From: Bigelowiella natans CCMP2755 | Lineage: Eukaryota > Protista > Cercozoa | DNA: 64,000 bases | Direction of reading: 5' to 3' | NCBI GenBank assembly: GCA_000320545.1 | Contig: ADNK01000862.1 | Span: forward strand, 137,947-201,946 | Shown: piece by piece, positions 35,543-49,940 of the stretch | Layout of the letters: every line of letters starts with the position of its first letter | Numbering within the stretch: the first letter of the stretch is position 1 | Made by a program: the position numbers and the translations under genes | Notes under the pieces: model-generated | The model's database searches: none | Told to the model about the DNA's origin: nothing | Seen by the model: only the letters and a program-made list of their open reading frames with translations

Positions 35543-36453
35543 AAGAAAAGGCAGCCGCAGCAGCAGCAATTCTTTGTGATGAGGCAGACTAAGGGGCTCC
35601 TCCTCAAATGGTTACGTGCACCCTGACCTTCAGTTTCCGCGTATCTTATGCCTTGTGTATTTCACCAGTGACAAAGTTCTCTTGCAGTTTATCCTGCACC
35701 TCGACAGCAAAATGAAACAACGATTTATCATAAAGAAGGTGGTCAACCCTTTGTTTTCAATCATGTTCTTCTAGCTGATGTGAATCTTGTATTACTCAAT
35801 TAATAGCTGGATGACGAACACCTTTTTTGTGCACCCCTGCCTGGGCTCGAAGAGTTAATTCGCGATAAAATGGATGAATGGCAGAATGATTTCATCTTCA
35901 CAGATGACCACGAAGAATTGCAGGAGTAAACCAGGGTAAATTTCGTGGAGAGAGTGATGCAAGACAGGGTGAATTCATAGAAGAGTTTCCATCTTAAATT
36001 TTTGACACGTATCCAGTAACATCAAAATCACGCCAATGGCATCAAAGGAATGTGTAAACTCTAACCACAGCGATGTGGTGCGCACATGATGTAGTAGATT
36101 GTGATGCAGCGCGTACTAAGCTCCCCATCTTCATACTGAACGACAAGAGACATGTGTAGGGGAATGAAATGTAGCAACTACATAATGTGCCCACCACCCG
36201 TGCAATGGACGTCAAGTCGCATCTAAAACATTTTAATGATGATCATTCCAGTGACAGTCCACTCTAGCACTAGAGCACTCTGGCGTAGCAATGATGATGG
36301 CAAGCATCGCAGTGTGTGCATGTGCGCTCCACACAAATGCATGCAAACGGAGTCATCTAGCTCGCTACATCCTACCATGCACAACTGTGCTCACCCACAT
36401 GCTAGCATGGCTATGGGTGCATCGCACTGCTAGACTGGCCTGATGTGACTCAT

Positions 36454-36574
36454 TCTAGAGCCTTTTAAGGCTATAGAGCGTACGCACGTGCGAACATATG
36501 TAGTTTAGTACACATGTTCTTTACAACATATGCTCTATGACCCAGTACGCTCTAGAGCCTTTTAAGGCTATAGA
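36454..36574. repeat. Two identical 24-bp quasi-palindromes TCTAGAGCCTTTTAAGGCTATAGA (36454-36477 and 36551-36574)
   Basis: Direct reading; each copy is a near-perfect inverted repeat. Confidence 0.85.
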
Positions 36575-37036
36575 TCATGTGCTCTAGTGCTAGCATGTCG
36601 CACAGACAGCAGCTCTAGCTAATTACGTACATGGATGTCATCGACATCACCCCTAATGTGCTAGACCGCGCGCATCACTCTCTAGCTCTCGCTCGAAACA
36701 CTTTTTTTTTGGCAATGCGACACTATGCGCTATTCAACCTCCGGCCCCTGCTTTTATTTCTAGATTTGTAAGACAATAGACACAACGCATGTCTAATAGC
36801 GTACATTGTCTAGCTGTGGCAATGGTCACGCAGTATTCGCGCGTGAATATAAATGAGAACCAATGCACATTCGTGTGATGCATTAGTTTTTGTATCGCAT
36901 TCTGATTCGGCAATTATATCTTTCGTTCTCCATCAAGACAATGTTAAGGCGAGCGAGCACGTATATGAGGCGGAAATAGAAAACTGAACATGCGCCATCG
37001 TCCATCGTTTGACTAGAATGAATATGTGTCCACTCT

Positions 37037-38521
37037 CTACAGCTCTCCTGCAGCCGCAATCTTTACCAGCCTGGAAGGTGTTCCATTACCGCTTCCGCAA
37101 CTCTCCACCTTTAGGACCAAATCTTGCCCTTCGAGCACTTTGCCAAAGACTACATGCCTGATAGATTAGTATGGGAACATGTAAAGATGGGACCGTAAGT
37201 GGAGAACGATCATCCAAAATCGCAATTAACTTAGGTAATTTAAAATTGAAATGCATGGAAGCAGCTTTTATATTGAATAAACCACTAAGCAATTATTCTG
37301 TTCTAACTACTACTTTCCATCGAGCCATCCGGTTTTCGCAGTGGTGATGAAGAACTGGGAACCGTTGGTGTCTCTTCCAGCATTGGCCTTTGTGTTGTGA
37401 TTGAAGAGGTCAGAGAATAGGAAACGAGGATGAGTTGTTAATTCCTTTCGTTGGTACTACCATGGACAAGTAGAAAGGTGCAACGTGCTTTAACCTGAAG
37501 TTCTCATCAGGGAACCGACCGCCTGATGCCCAACAGCAACATATTATTCATAGAACTAGAGTCAAATTTTATCATGAAGCAGAAGGAAGAATCGATTTAT
37601 GACGATGACGAACAAGACGATTAAGTTATCACGTATGTGCGAAATATGGTAATCAACCATAAATTGACTCTCCCCCACGCCCATCTCCCCGGGTAAAATC
37701 GCCGCCTTGGATCATGAACTGGAAGGATAAGGACGTCAGTCTCATACAACAAAAACGAACAAAGATAATCTACTTACGTTCGGGATAATTCGGTGAAACT
37801 TAGATCCGGCAAATTTCATTTCTTGTCCCGTGGATGCCAGCCCTCCTTCACCCTACGATAATTGTTGTTTTAGGTTGGACTTCCTTTTGTGGAGAGCGAG
37901 ACTAGTACCGTGCAGAGCTGCCGAAAGTTCTCAACAGTTTTCGGGACTACGTCTCCAAAAAGTCCCATTGTAATCCTTCCAGCAGGTTGTCCATCGATTT
38001 CAATATCGAAATAGACCTATCACAAAGGAGAAGAAAACAGCAAGATGAGGTAGAATTACGCAAGACGGGATGTGAGGGCAAGATGTTAGCACATTAGACC
38101 TTGTTCGTCACAACTTCCAGCTGAGCGCGAGATTGCACAATTTTTTCCAGCGTGATATATGTAAAAATATTTAAAAGGCAATTTTCAAAGACCAACCCAA
38201 ATTTCCACGTTTCAAAACAAGGAAGAATGAAGTCTGAACCTCTTCCTGAGACTGCTGAGGTCCACCTCCGAAGATCGATTCAAAAAAGTTGTTTGCAGCG
38301 ACACTGCGCGATTTCGATGGGGGTTTGCCCATTTTTTGATTCCTCTGTCCTGAGATGAGAGGCGTATTCGCAGCGAAGGCTGGTGTCGTTTTGGCAACCG
38401 TTCCAACTCTGGTAAACCCTAACGTCAATGTCTCCGACGGGGAAGCATAGTACGTTGCAGTTCTAATGGCTGCTGCCGCCAGGGCAAGGATTATCAGGGC
38501 CTGGACAGAAAATTTTACCAT
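37037..38521 (-). CDS. Cyclophilin-type peptidyl-prolyl isomerase with a signal peptide plus transit-like leader (probably plastid-targeted)
   Basis: Exons [106 protein letters not shown]; leader [18 protein letters not shown]. Confidence 0.93.
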
Positions 38522-38641
38522 GGCCGAAGCCGGTCGGTTCAGCATAGTCACCTGAGAGAATTCAAGCATGAGAGGCTGCGTCGGCACCACACGAGTCCCA
38601 TTTTTATCATCGCTATTCGAACCTAGCTAGGCACTACACAA

Positions 38642-38674
<33 letters not shown>

Positions 38675-38699
38675 CAGGCAGGCAGGCAGGCAGGGTACA

Positions 38700-38731
<32 letters not shown>

Positions 38732-38962
38732 AACTTAGCTACTACTATGTTCTGTGGGTAGTCAGTCCCCTAGGAAGGAGGTGGTTCTTATTTTACATCC
38801 ACATACATCGCATTGCCGAGAAAGGAAAGGAAGAGCCAAGAGAACGCGCCGAGATCTCCGAAGAATATCCAAATCTCTGAAGAATATCCACATCCTTTCC
38901 ACGATCGATCTCCTTTCGACGGGAGTGAGGACGACAAGAAGAGTCGCGTGGACATTGCCACC

Positions 38963-40255
38963 ATGGCCGTCGTCCGCTCCTCCGACGCCCCGCAACCTCT
39001 TGCAGCAGGGCTATTTCGTACTATTCTCCCCACAGTGCGCACGGCATCTCACCTCCGGGCAAATAATGGAGTAAAATTCCATAACCTGTCGCGAAGATGG
39101 CATCAGCGTCGACAGGGTGAGCGCGAGAGGGCAGCCACTACTGCCCAGGTCATGCTAACCTCAGCCATAAACATCGTTAACGATGCAGGGGAGTGAGAAG
39201 AGGTGAATTTTTTAGGTTAACAAACGTGAGGCTGCTGTTGGAGCCTCGTACGAAGGAAGAAGAAAAATGATCGTTTCACGTGCTTCTTCAATCGTTCTTG
39301 CTGCTATCACAGCGCTGCTTACAAGCGGACCAACCATAGCATCAACGGTATATTAGACATCAGATCATGCGAGAATCACAACCTTGAATTCGTACTCTAA
39401 ATATAGCATGAAAAATCCTATGGTGGTTAGAGCGACACTGGCGATGGAGTCGTCGACATTAGCAGAAGCCCTAGGAGCATAGGCTTCCCAGTGGCACCTC
39501 TGGGATCGGTCAAGCATGTAGGTCCAGAGAAAAGGTGGGGGTGGTGATAGGGATAGTAATGTCATTGTTTAGGTTGATGGTAATAATTGGAGACATTTTC
39601 AGCTACAAGTATGTGTCATAACCCTCTTGCAAAATATGAGCACGCTTCTCCGTGAAATAAGAGCAAAACGTTGAGCTTTGCCCGAAACTTGATTCATTAC
39701 AGAACCGGTTTAAGAGTGGAGATAATTAGGGATGTGCTCGAGAATAGCATTGGTACGGGACAATATTTCATCCATCCAGAGAGCATGCCAACGGAAATTT
39801 TCGACGATTCTTGCAGATTCAAGGATCCCACCACCGGTATAGCACTTCACAGCGAGCATGCATGCATTTCTACGTTGCTTTTGTGGCACCCTCACTAAGC
39901 TCCAGCTTTACCACTGATCGATAAATTGTGTATCTGTCATTTGCTCATAATGAAATTATCAGATGTGCAAGGGCTTTCCCGGTATGTCAAGGCACTGGGG
40001 ATTCTCTTCGATCCAAAACGGAGTTCGGTTACCCTAAAAGAAATCGAGGTTTTGTCACCGCTGCAAATCAAGGCAACTTGGACTCAGGAGGGGTTTCTCA
40101 AGCTTCCATGGAATCCATACGTGCCAGAGTACACATCTACGACATACTGGGAGTTGGATCCAGAGACGCATCTTATTACAAAACAGGAGCATCTTTGGAG
40201 TATATCAGCTCTGGAGGCTCTCAAGGAAACATTCACTCCGTACAATCTACGGTAG
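38963..40255 (+). CDS. SnoaL/NTF2-like DUF2358-family protein (likely plastid); 5' end uncertain
   Basis: YFI...EIFDDSCRFKDPTT|DVQGLSRY...LFDP...IKATWTQEGFLKLPWNPYV...TTYWELD...HLWSISALEAL..TFTP. Confidence 0.7.
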
Positions 40256-41200
40256 GAGGAGGTGTGGCCAACCATAGTTGCTTTGCTAGTAACGAATATG
40301 CATGGGGAATTAATATGTTGTTAGAATTGTGCGCATGTCGGAGTAAAAGCAAAACGAGGTGCTGCAATACGTATTTGATGATGCATCGCAGTAACAAATT
40401 GTTACGTTTAGCTGACGTGATTGACAATGTTGGCATTCTACTACATGTTTATATGAGCAATAATTTAATAGACTGCATGGCTGATATATGTGCATGGATC
40501 GAATGTTTTTGCATCGCAACTCGTGTTGCGTGTGCGTACGATCTGATACGCAGACTTCTAGACTTATAGTCATGCGATATTGTTAGGTAGAGCGTGCCGC
40601 TATATGCTCGTAGAGCATTTGTTAGCAAAAATATGTGAACTCAATGAAACGATGGTTATTGCTGCGGAGTTTCATCTACACTGGTGCAACGAGGTTTTTT
40701 ACTACAAGCGCGACCTTCCTATGTTTTAGTTTTGCCTTGTAGTTTTCATGCATGCCTAGAAGCATACATGGCTGTTTGAACATGTTATGCTAGATGCTAT
40801 TCAATTTTGCTGATTAAATTAAGCGGATGCCATGCTGTTGTAGCACAAAGTCACATGCCCGATAGTAGTTAGACGTAAGCCGATAAGAATAACATGCACG
40901 TTGTATTCATCTTGAGCAGATTGTTAATTATTTAAAATTAGATTTAGTTTACATCAGATAGCATTCCTGTTGGATTATTATGTGTGCAATAATATTAATA
41001 CCCTGATCGCATCCAATCAGTTAATTTACGCTGCTTCTAACTGCGAATTAACACTATTATCATTTGTGCGGTACCTAGAGTAGAGAATATTGAAGATTCA
41101 ACAAGGGTTACATGAATATAATATAATAATAATACTTCTATGTTGCTCATCAATATCATCACCATCATCACCACCATCATCGTCATCATTCTTATCACAA

Positions 41201-44200
41201 TTACCCCTCGACGAATGACGCGTACGGCATGAGCGACTGATGTCCATCATTCCATAGAATCTGGACGGCATAGTTGCCTGATGGGAGACGAAGGAGGAAG
41301 ATTCATTAGAAATAGAGGCGGTGAAGGAGATCCTGCATTATTCGCTGCTACACCGATCAATCGAGCATATAGAAACCCTCTTCTACTTTTGCTTCTTTTT
41401 CTTTTTCAGAAATAGTAGCGACTACCCATTGGAAAGATATCAATCGGTTTGACATCGTCCGTAATAAGCTCCTTAATATTTGTTGGCGATCGACAACGCC
41501 GCCGAAGTTCCACAGGAGAGATGATCTGTGGTGTCACGCATCGCAGGATGATGTGATGAACTCGAGAATATTGAATTAAAATGACGAGCGGGGAAGAGAT
41601 TGATTATGATTCCAAGAGAAGCAGAAGATTGGAAACAAAGAGCGTGGATTCCCAGAGAAAGAGAGAGACAGAGAAAGACAGAGAGAACAGCTTTGAAGCT
41701 ACTACCAGATACTATTACCACTACTACTACACTACTATACTACTACTGCTGCTGCTACTGTAACCAATGTATTCTGTATGTATTTGCTGCTTCTGTTGTC
41801 ATCGACCTGCTCCTCTCCTCCTTTCGTTATGGAAACCACCATATTCCGAGTTGCGTCGAATATCACCTGCAAGCAACGAATACATCATATACATACACAG
41901 CAACCAGCGAATAAGCCGCCCCATCCGAACCTCTGGCCTCGCCGCCTTCGTCTTCTCCAAGTTATGAATCTCCGTGACCACATCAGAGGCTAATCGATCG
42001 TATTGGCTAGCGATCGAGGGGTTTGATGAGGCACCGGTCAGGTAGAATGGACATCCTGAATCACCAGCTTCGGACAGCGCAGGTTCCAGAGGCAAGGCGT
42101 AAGTGTTCTCAATGCCCCACATCTCTGCGAGTCGCTTGCGGTGGCCTACGAAGGGGAAAAGAGGAAACAAAAAGCAAGATGGAAAAGGGTAGTGGAATTA
42201 GTATAGTAGTAGTAGTAGTAGTAGTAGTAGTGAGAGCCAGAGAGCGAGCGTGTGTGGTAAAACAATAAGTTGATAGGATTAGAGGATGATATGTATCTAT
42301 GGCATGTATATATGTATGTATAATAAGGAGGAGAAAGTCTGATGACAGTCCTGATCAGAGACCTCTGCTGCTGCTGCTGCCCTGCTGTTTGCTGCTATGA
42401 GTGAAAAACAAAAGCTTCGATATCTGATTATGTAGTAGTTTCCCTGCTACCTTTGCCAAAGATGTACTGCGGGGCGCTAACCAGGTCTAATAGGGATTTT
42501 CGTGTCGCTTCAGGGAGGAGAGGAGACGACGATGCACCCTCGTCCAACAGCGCCTCTACCCTTTTCGAAAGTTCATTGTTTTGCCAAAACGCCATGTTCT
42601 CTACTACAGCGACGCACGGAATCCCGACCTGTGTTTCGGTTGAATAGAGACCAGAATGAGACCTTGTTACATGAGCTGTGTACTTATAACTTCATTGTAG
42701 TACACATACCAACTGTGCATAAGTCTCATTCTTCTTATGTTCGTAGTTCTGCTGGTGGTGCTATGGCTTCCACTACCACTGTTACCATTGCTACCATTGC
42801 TAACACTGCTATCACTAACCTTGTCAAACATCTCAACCCCTTTAACAACGTCCGCGAAGCTTAGGCGCTGTGGTGTTGTGACGACTACCGCCGCGTCGAT
42901 CGATACTGACTGGCTCAATGTCAACTGAATGTCTCCTATATCAAGCATAAGGAAAGTAGTTGTGTGTCGTAAGTCTCCCTCTTCTCTCTCTCTTTCTGCC
43001 CCTCTTTCTCCCCCCCTCTCTGTCCTGTCTTAAATAAAAAAAAAAGACGACCGCGACGATGATGGTAACAAGCTTCATTCCGCTCTTCCCCATTTCGCCC
43101 CCCCCTTTGTCCTCTTTTTTCGTTTTTTGCCTCTCCTCTTAATTTGCTACTTAATTTCTTCTTCTTCTCTCCATCCCTTAGTAGTCGTACCCGTGCCTGG
43201 TGGCATATCAATAACCAAAAAGTCCAATTCTCCCCATTGGGTGCGTGTGAGCATTTGCTCCACGAGAGGTGCGGCACGAGCCCCTGTTACCAGTCATGCC
43301 ATAAGACTTATGGAGGAAATAGCTGTGAAAATGTTATTGGGACCGCCGTCGAGTAGGGATATGTTCATCATCATCATCATCATCATTATCCGTAATGATA
43401 GTACCATCATCATCATCATCATTATCATCATTTACTTATTGAACACAAGACGACCTCTGACGACCATCGAATCGGTGGGGTTGATAAAGCCCATACTCAT
43501 CATTTTCACGCCGTGACTGACAATGGATATGATCACTTTCCCACAAGATTATGCGCAAAATAGACGTGCGTGTGAGGAGGAAAACATGTTTTGTGCCCAT
43601 ATATTCCAGTCTACATGTGCTCACATGAATAACGTATGCACCATATAACATTTATCATTTCTATAGGAATTACGCTTCCACTGGGATGATTTCTGATCCT
43701 CCATTCTCAAAGGCAACCTGCCGTAGAAATAGAGTGGGGTAAATCATGATAGCCTAATGCAGGTATTGCCCTCTTCCTCCTCCTCCTCCTCCTCCTCCAT
43801 CTCTGCTTCTGCAAAGATAGCACTAATCCCTCCCGTCTCTCCCTATTGCTAGGCAGCCCCAGCAAGACTATGCGATCATCAATTTTTGCCTTTCCTTTAG
43901 AAATCACAGCCTGCAAGCTACTGCACCTCTGAATTCTCGGGAGTAACCATTGTAGGAAGGCTTGGACCGTACAAATCTGTGTCTACGATCCCGACTTTGT
44001 ATCCTTGTGCCCTTAGAGCGAATGCAAGGTTTACGGACGTCGTGGACTTCCCAACACCTGAGGAGGAGGAGTTGTAGGTTGAGAGGAAGGTAGGCGAGGG
44101 TTACATGAGTGCTACTTAGATTTTGCATGATGATGTATTGTGAGGCTACAACGCTGGCCACACTCTTCAAAAGAATGAATCAGTGTCATCATCGTGTAGC

Positions 44201-45265
44201 AAACAGCTCAGACATTGGATATCGGGGGAGGGATGACAAACCTCCTTTGCAGCTGGCCACGGCTATTACCTGAATGTGATAGCAGAGACAGTGATAAGTG
44301 TGGAATACTGTAACTCTACAATGTTTTCTCTATTGCAATAATATAGCACACAATACGCACCTTATCGACCGATTTGAGGCCCCCTTTCCGCATGGTGTCA
44401 ACTTCGGAATTACCCATGTCAGCGAAAGGTGACACAGGAGAGGAAGCAGATGACGACGGCGAAGAGGACATCACAGCGCTGGGTGCACCCTCTGGTGCTG
44501 TGATCACTATTAGCGGATTTGTAACCCATTCGATCGTCTTCACAGCGTTTTCGCACTGTTGCTGTAGGGCCTGTTTCGTCTTTGAGTCCACGGGGAGGGG
44601 CAGCTCGACCAAGACCTGAAAGATTCCGAGAAGAGTATTTGTTAAGTACTTCACTCTCGAGGATCAAATAAAAATGCTTTTTTTTTGAAAGCAAAACAGA
44701 ACTGGCACTACGGGCATATAACTTTGACTTAATAACACACAAACTATGTACCGAGGCGATGCCGAGGGCTTTCTCGCCGAGAGCCTCGCGAACCATCCCA
44801 GATTTTACGATATCAATACTGGCTTTACTTCCTCCTATCTTTGCTTGATCAGGAACCTCAATAGATGCGAGAGACTCTAACAGCTCGGGATCTACTAAAG
44901 GACTAGCATCATTTTCGCTATCAGTATTTTCCACACGACACCTAGGATGTGCGCGATGATGGAAGCGTCTAACGGGTCCTGAGGCCAGCTCAGAGGGATT
45001 TGAAGATACAAGTCGACCTGCTTTTGACATATCTTACGGTAAGCGTCGAGCAACACTCAATAGATTTGCATTTTCACAACCACTGACCTCGGATTCGAGA
45101 AAGAGGCAAGGAAATGGAAGCTCTTTGGCTCGGCAGCCGTCGTAAACGCTGAGCTATGGCTAAACTGAATTTTCTGGAATCCCACGGCGACTCTCTTCCA
45201 CCTCCCAGAATGATCAGGGCCTGGAGAAGGCAGGCAGTGGGAGACCAGGTGTGAGGGGGTACCAT
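41201..45265 (-). CDS. HCF101: HCF101 Fe-S cluster scaffold (DUF59 - Mrp/NBP35 P-loop ATPase - DUF971)
   Basis: [18 protein letters not shown]|[35 protein letters not shown]|[57 protein letters not shown]; hydrophobic N-terminal leader. Confidence 0.88.
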
Positions 45266-45657
45266 TGGCTTTTGTTGGAAGCTTTTAACGCGATTTATAC
45301 TGAACGACAACTATTCTCCATTGACACACAATTTCAATACATTGTATTTTTCTCTTTTTAGAACTCGTAGGCACGAAGCTCTTTTCCCCCCTGGAAACAT
45401 CCTAAAGGTGTTGCAGAGTTGGAGTCCCAGAGCAACATACTTCTCTGATCCATATTTCTTTAGGTAAAATGCGATGTAAAAAGGTAAAACGACTAGGGAT
45501 ATTTGATGACGTTATGCCGTTTTGGAGATACGTAATGAGACCAATCAGGAGCTACCAGATCTGACAACTTTCCAGGCCACACCCGACGGGAAGGGATAAG
45601 TGAAGGAGCAAGCAGTAAACTGATTTCACAGGGACTTCGCGTCGAAACGGAATTTTC

Positions 45658-46548
45658 ATGGCATCCAAAATACCCAGCGGAGACGAAGAAGATGAGGAAG
45701 AGCTGGAGCCCCTCGAAGGATCTCTCCAAAACATTCTCGATCAGGTTCTTGCATGTCCCATCTTCCACTGAGACTTTCCTCCCGAAATTCGAAGAATGAA
45801 TTCATTTAGTTTTTCAATTAATATAAGCGTAACTTAATACCCTTCCATCTAAAATCATTCGCCGATCAGAAAAGCCTCAAGTGGATTTTCGTTGGAGGGA
45901 AGGGCGGCGTCGGAAAGGTGATGCTTCAAATGGAATGTAGCGCCTCTTCCCACACATCACAACGAGCAGGATAATCCCAAAAAAGTGAAAACGTTGCACC
46001 AGAATCACGACTGGAATATGATGCATTCCCATTTATCGGTAACCATCGTGTAATACTTTGTCAGACGACGACATCGTGCTCCCTTGCAGTGGCTCTGACC
46101 AAAGTTAGGCGCAGCGTGCTCATTATCTCAACAGACCCCGCACACAACCTCTCCGATGCTTTTAAACAGAAAATCGGCAAAACAGCGACGAAGGTACTGA
46201 AATCCATTAACATGCAGGTTCAAAAAGAACTCTGCAAATATATAGTAATCACTTACACAGCACCTTTAACAGATCAATGCCTATGAGAACCTGTACGCAA
46301 TGGAGATTGAGGCGAAGCTGGATCTCGACGAAAATGGTCTTGATCTCACGATGGGATCCGAAGGGAAGATGGCCCCCGATTTCCTGCAGGCGATACCGGG
46401 GATTGACGAGGCGATGAGTTTCTCTGAATTGATGAAGTGAGCGATGTTATTCTAATGTTATTGACAATCGTGGACACTGAGGAAGGGCAGAAGCGGGCTA
46501 CGATGACGATGATGACGACAATGAATGATTAAGATGTGTGAGCGTGAA

Positions 46549-46615
<67 letters not shown>

Positions 46616-48268
46616 GTAATTTGCGTACATCCCTGTTTGCTACTCTGTCTGATTTTTTACCTGATCTTTTCCCATCTTCCTCCTTACTTAATCCTATCTC
46701 TCCCTTTCCTATTACTGCAGACAAGTGCAGCAAATGGACTACGAGGTAATCGTGTTCGATACCGCACCAACTGGGCACACGCTAAGGCTCCTCACCTTTC
46801 CCAAAGTCCTACAATCGACATTCGGTAGGTGAAGAAGTGTGCAAGTTCACCCATTGCGGTATTATTAAATCATTGCCTCTTCGCCATCAACATAGTCTGA
46901 TCCTGTGGTCGTTATATGGACGCTGTTGTTGTTGTTGTTGTTCTTGTTGTTGTTGTCTTGGTCAATTATGATTAGGAAAAATAAATTCGCTGAAGCAGAA
47001 GTTCTCGGGCTTGATAACGCAGGTATACCCACCCGCTTTCCATACCATTTGTGACAATAACTTCATCATCCTCTCACTTAAAACCTATATGATATGAAAT
47101 TATAATACATTACCTAGTTTGCCGGGATGCTCCAGCAGAGCGGAACCAGCCCCGACGAGATCTTCACCAAACTTGAGCAGGTAATGAAATAAGGAGGAGG
47201 AGGAGGAGGACGTCGTCACCCTCCTTCGTAGTATATATGTCATTCCGCAGATGGCCACTGCGAATATTCGCATAAATTATGATCATTCCTCATCGTTCTC
47301 TGTTTATAGTTCTGGTGGTGGTGGTAGAGGTGGTGTTGCTGATGAAATTGTGAGCAATACGGTCCTCCTCCTCCTCCTCCTCCTCCTTACCCTCTTTTTT
47401 CTTCGTCGTCTTCTTCTCCACACCGTGATGTCATTGGCTCATATAGGCCAAAAAGACGATCGATATCGTGCACGCGCAATTCCAGGATCCGGTCGGTGTG
47501 TTGTGTGTGTTGTGTTGTTTGTGTGTGCCATCAGGATGGTGTTTCATCTTGTTCGTCAACCGCTCTAATGCTTTGTTGTATACAACGAAGGACCAAACAC
47601 GTATTGTGTACTTTTGCTCTTTACGCCTCCTCCTCCTCCTCCTCCTCCTCCTCTAATATCAGGATGCAACAACCTTCGTCTGTGTGGCAATTCCTGAATT
47701 CCTGTCGCTTTTCGAGACCGAACGACTCGTACAAGAACTCACAAAGTAGTAGTAAATCAGATGGTTGTGGTGCTGTATGTAGCTCAGGCTATACATGGTT
47801 GAAGAGGCGGACTAAATATGTTATATGCAACCAATCCAGCTGTTAAAACACTGTGGGACACAAAATGCGTGCTCTCGTTTCACCCTGTGCTTCGTTGTTC
47901 TTATACGTGCATCATCGCAATGGCTCTCTCGCCCTTGATTAGGCACGAGATCGATACGCACAATATAGTAGTCAACCAGATTCACTACCTTGATGAAGGT
48001 AGGACCACTAATAATTGAATGATAGCCAAATCACTTGCTTCTGCAAGCTATGATGCGTCGTATCGATATGTACCGCGTCATCACCAGTTCTCATTAAAGG
48101 GGAAAGCGGGTGGAATCATGCGCAGGTGTTGTTAACAACAGCATCATTTCCTTATTGCAAATGAACCTTTCAGATTGCAAGGACTGCAAGAAGTGCCAAA
48201 CGAGATGGAAGATGCAAAAAAAGTAGGAGGCATCAATATTAGATTAAAACATATAAATATATATTTCC

Positions 48269-48300
<32 letters not shown>

Positions 48301-48505
48301 AAATGTTATCTTTGTATATTCATATGTCTGTATCTGTCTGGACGTGTGTGTGTGTGCACGTGTACGTCGTTCTCTTCTTCTTCTTCTTCTTCCAAACCAC
48401 CACTCACTCACTCACTCATGCCCCCACTCCCAGATACCTGGATCAAATCGATGAACTCTATGAGGACTTCCACGTTGTCAAATGCCCTCTTCTAGGCGAT
48501 GAGGT

Positions 48506-48546
<41 letters not shown>

Positions 48547-48731
48547 CCCCTCTCTTTCTTTGTCGTCGTTCCAGCTGGGAAGAAGTTTTTCAGCGAAAGA
48601 CTGCTGCTGCCCATGGGAGATTTGACCTTTGGTGTTGTGTTGTTCCTTTTGATTTGACACAGGTGAGGGGGGATAAATGCCTTGATAATTTCGCGAAACT
48701 ACTTTCGAGTCCTTATGTGCCACCCAAGTAG
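45658..48731 (+). CDS. GET3: GET3/ASNA1 (ArsA-family) ATPase for tail-anchored protein insertion
   Basis: [21 protein letters not shown]|[105 protein letters not shown]. Confidence 0.95.
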
Positions 48732-49765
48732 TTGGTGATGGAGTCGTCTGTGTTGACAGTATAGAGGGCTGATCATCACTACCGAACTGAGGATGAAAAG
48801 GATGCTGAACAGTTTGCGGGAGAATGGGCATATGTTATTGTAGTACATCGCACATTGATAGATAATATTAATAAACTTTCACGCATTTCTGAAGTACAAG
48901 CATCGCAATTTATATGTTTCGTCATGTTGCGCAATGTGCTGTGTCGTTTATGTTTAATCTTCTAACTGGAGCAGCTCCCTAGCCTTGCTAGTATGCCATA
49001 TATGGCGGATGGGTTAAAGCTATGCGCTTTGTTAACTACTGCGCTAGTGCTGTATACCTCCGCCATTCTAGAATTGCCTTTTTTTGATAAAGTTGTACGT
49101 GTAGTGCACTTGTCGGCTTGATACATGTGTATCTTAGATTACATGCAAAAGTGCTCTTATCTGTTGTACCCATGCACCGCAGGCTCATAACTCTATCTAT
49201 CAATGCTATGTGAAAGTGTTGTGCTGCGACTCTGTGCACAGGCACAATGCAATCAATTGTGTAGCAAGCTAAATGAACGCACACGGATTGTGCCGCGCGA
49301 ATTCACATGACTGCACTATGATCGTCATACATACTAGCATAATTGTGATTGATAGCATAGTTGGAACCTCTGTCGAGCAAAATATATTGCATGTACATTG
49401 ATATCTAAACAAGCAACTATTTACATCCCTCCATTCTCTACCGCTTTCATTAGACATTGCTCTCAATGCGTGACCGTGGAGTGATAACTTAGCTCTTTGA
49501 GACTTGTGACCATATATTTGAAGCAAACGGCGTTGTTATGCCAAAAGCTTTAAATGCAGCCTGATGATATAGTTTGTAACATGTTGTGGGTTGAAAACTA
49601 CTTGAGGTAGTTATTCTGAGATTGGTTTTTACACAATTTAGTTTTTGTGATGTTGTAAAGAATATAAAACAAGGGTCCGTCGTTATAGCAGATTTGTCAT
49701 CTAATCTTATTGTGTAATTTCTTTTTCCTTCTTTCTTCTTGTGTTGTTCTCTTCATTTTCTTCAT

Positions 49766-49909
49766 CTATAGTGGCCTTACGCTGACTCCAATTGGGATGA
49801 AGATCGTGCATGCAAGCGACTTCACGATATCTCGTAATTCAGCATTCTGTATTAACAGACGATGATCGTTCATTCTTGGCAGATTGTATGTGTGTATGTG
49901 TGTGTGTAT

Positions 49910-49940
<31 letters not shown>

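Noticed and set aside
39928-40569. 213-aa ORF overlapping the DUF2358 last exon
   Set aside because: Alternative frame running into the 3' UTR; the conserved motifs are in the 39926-40255 frame
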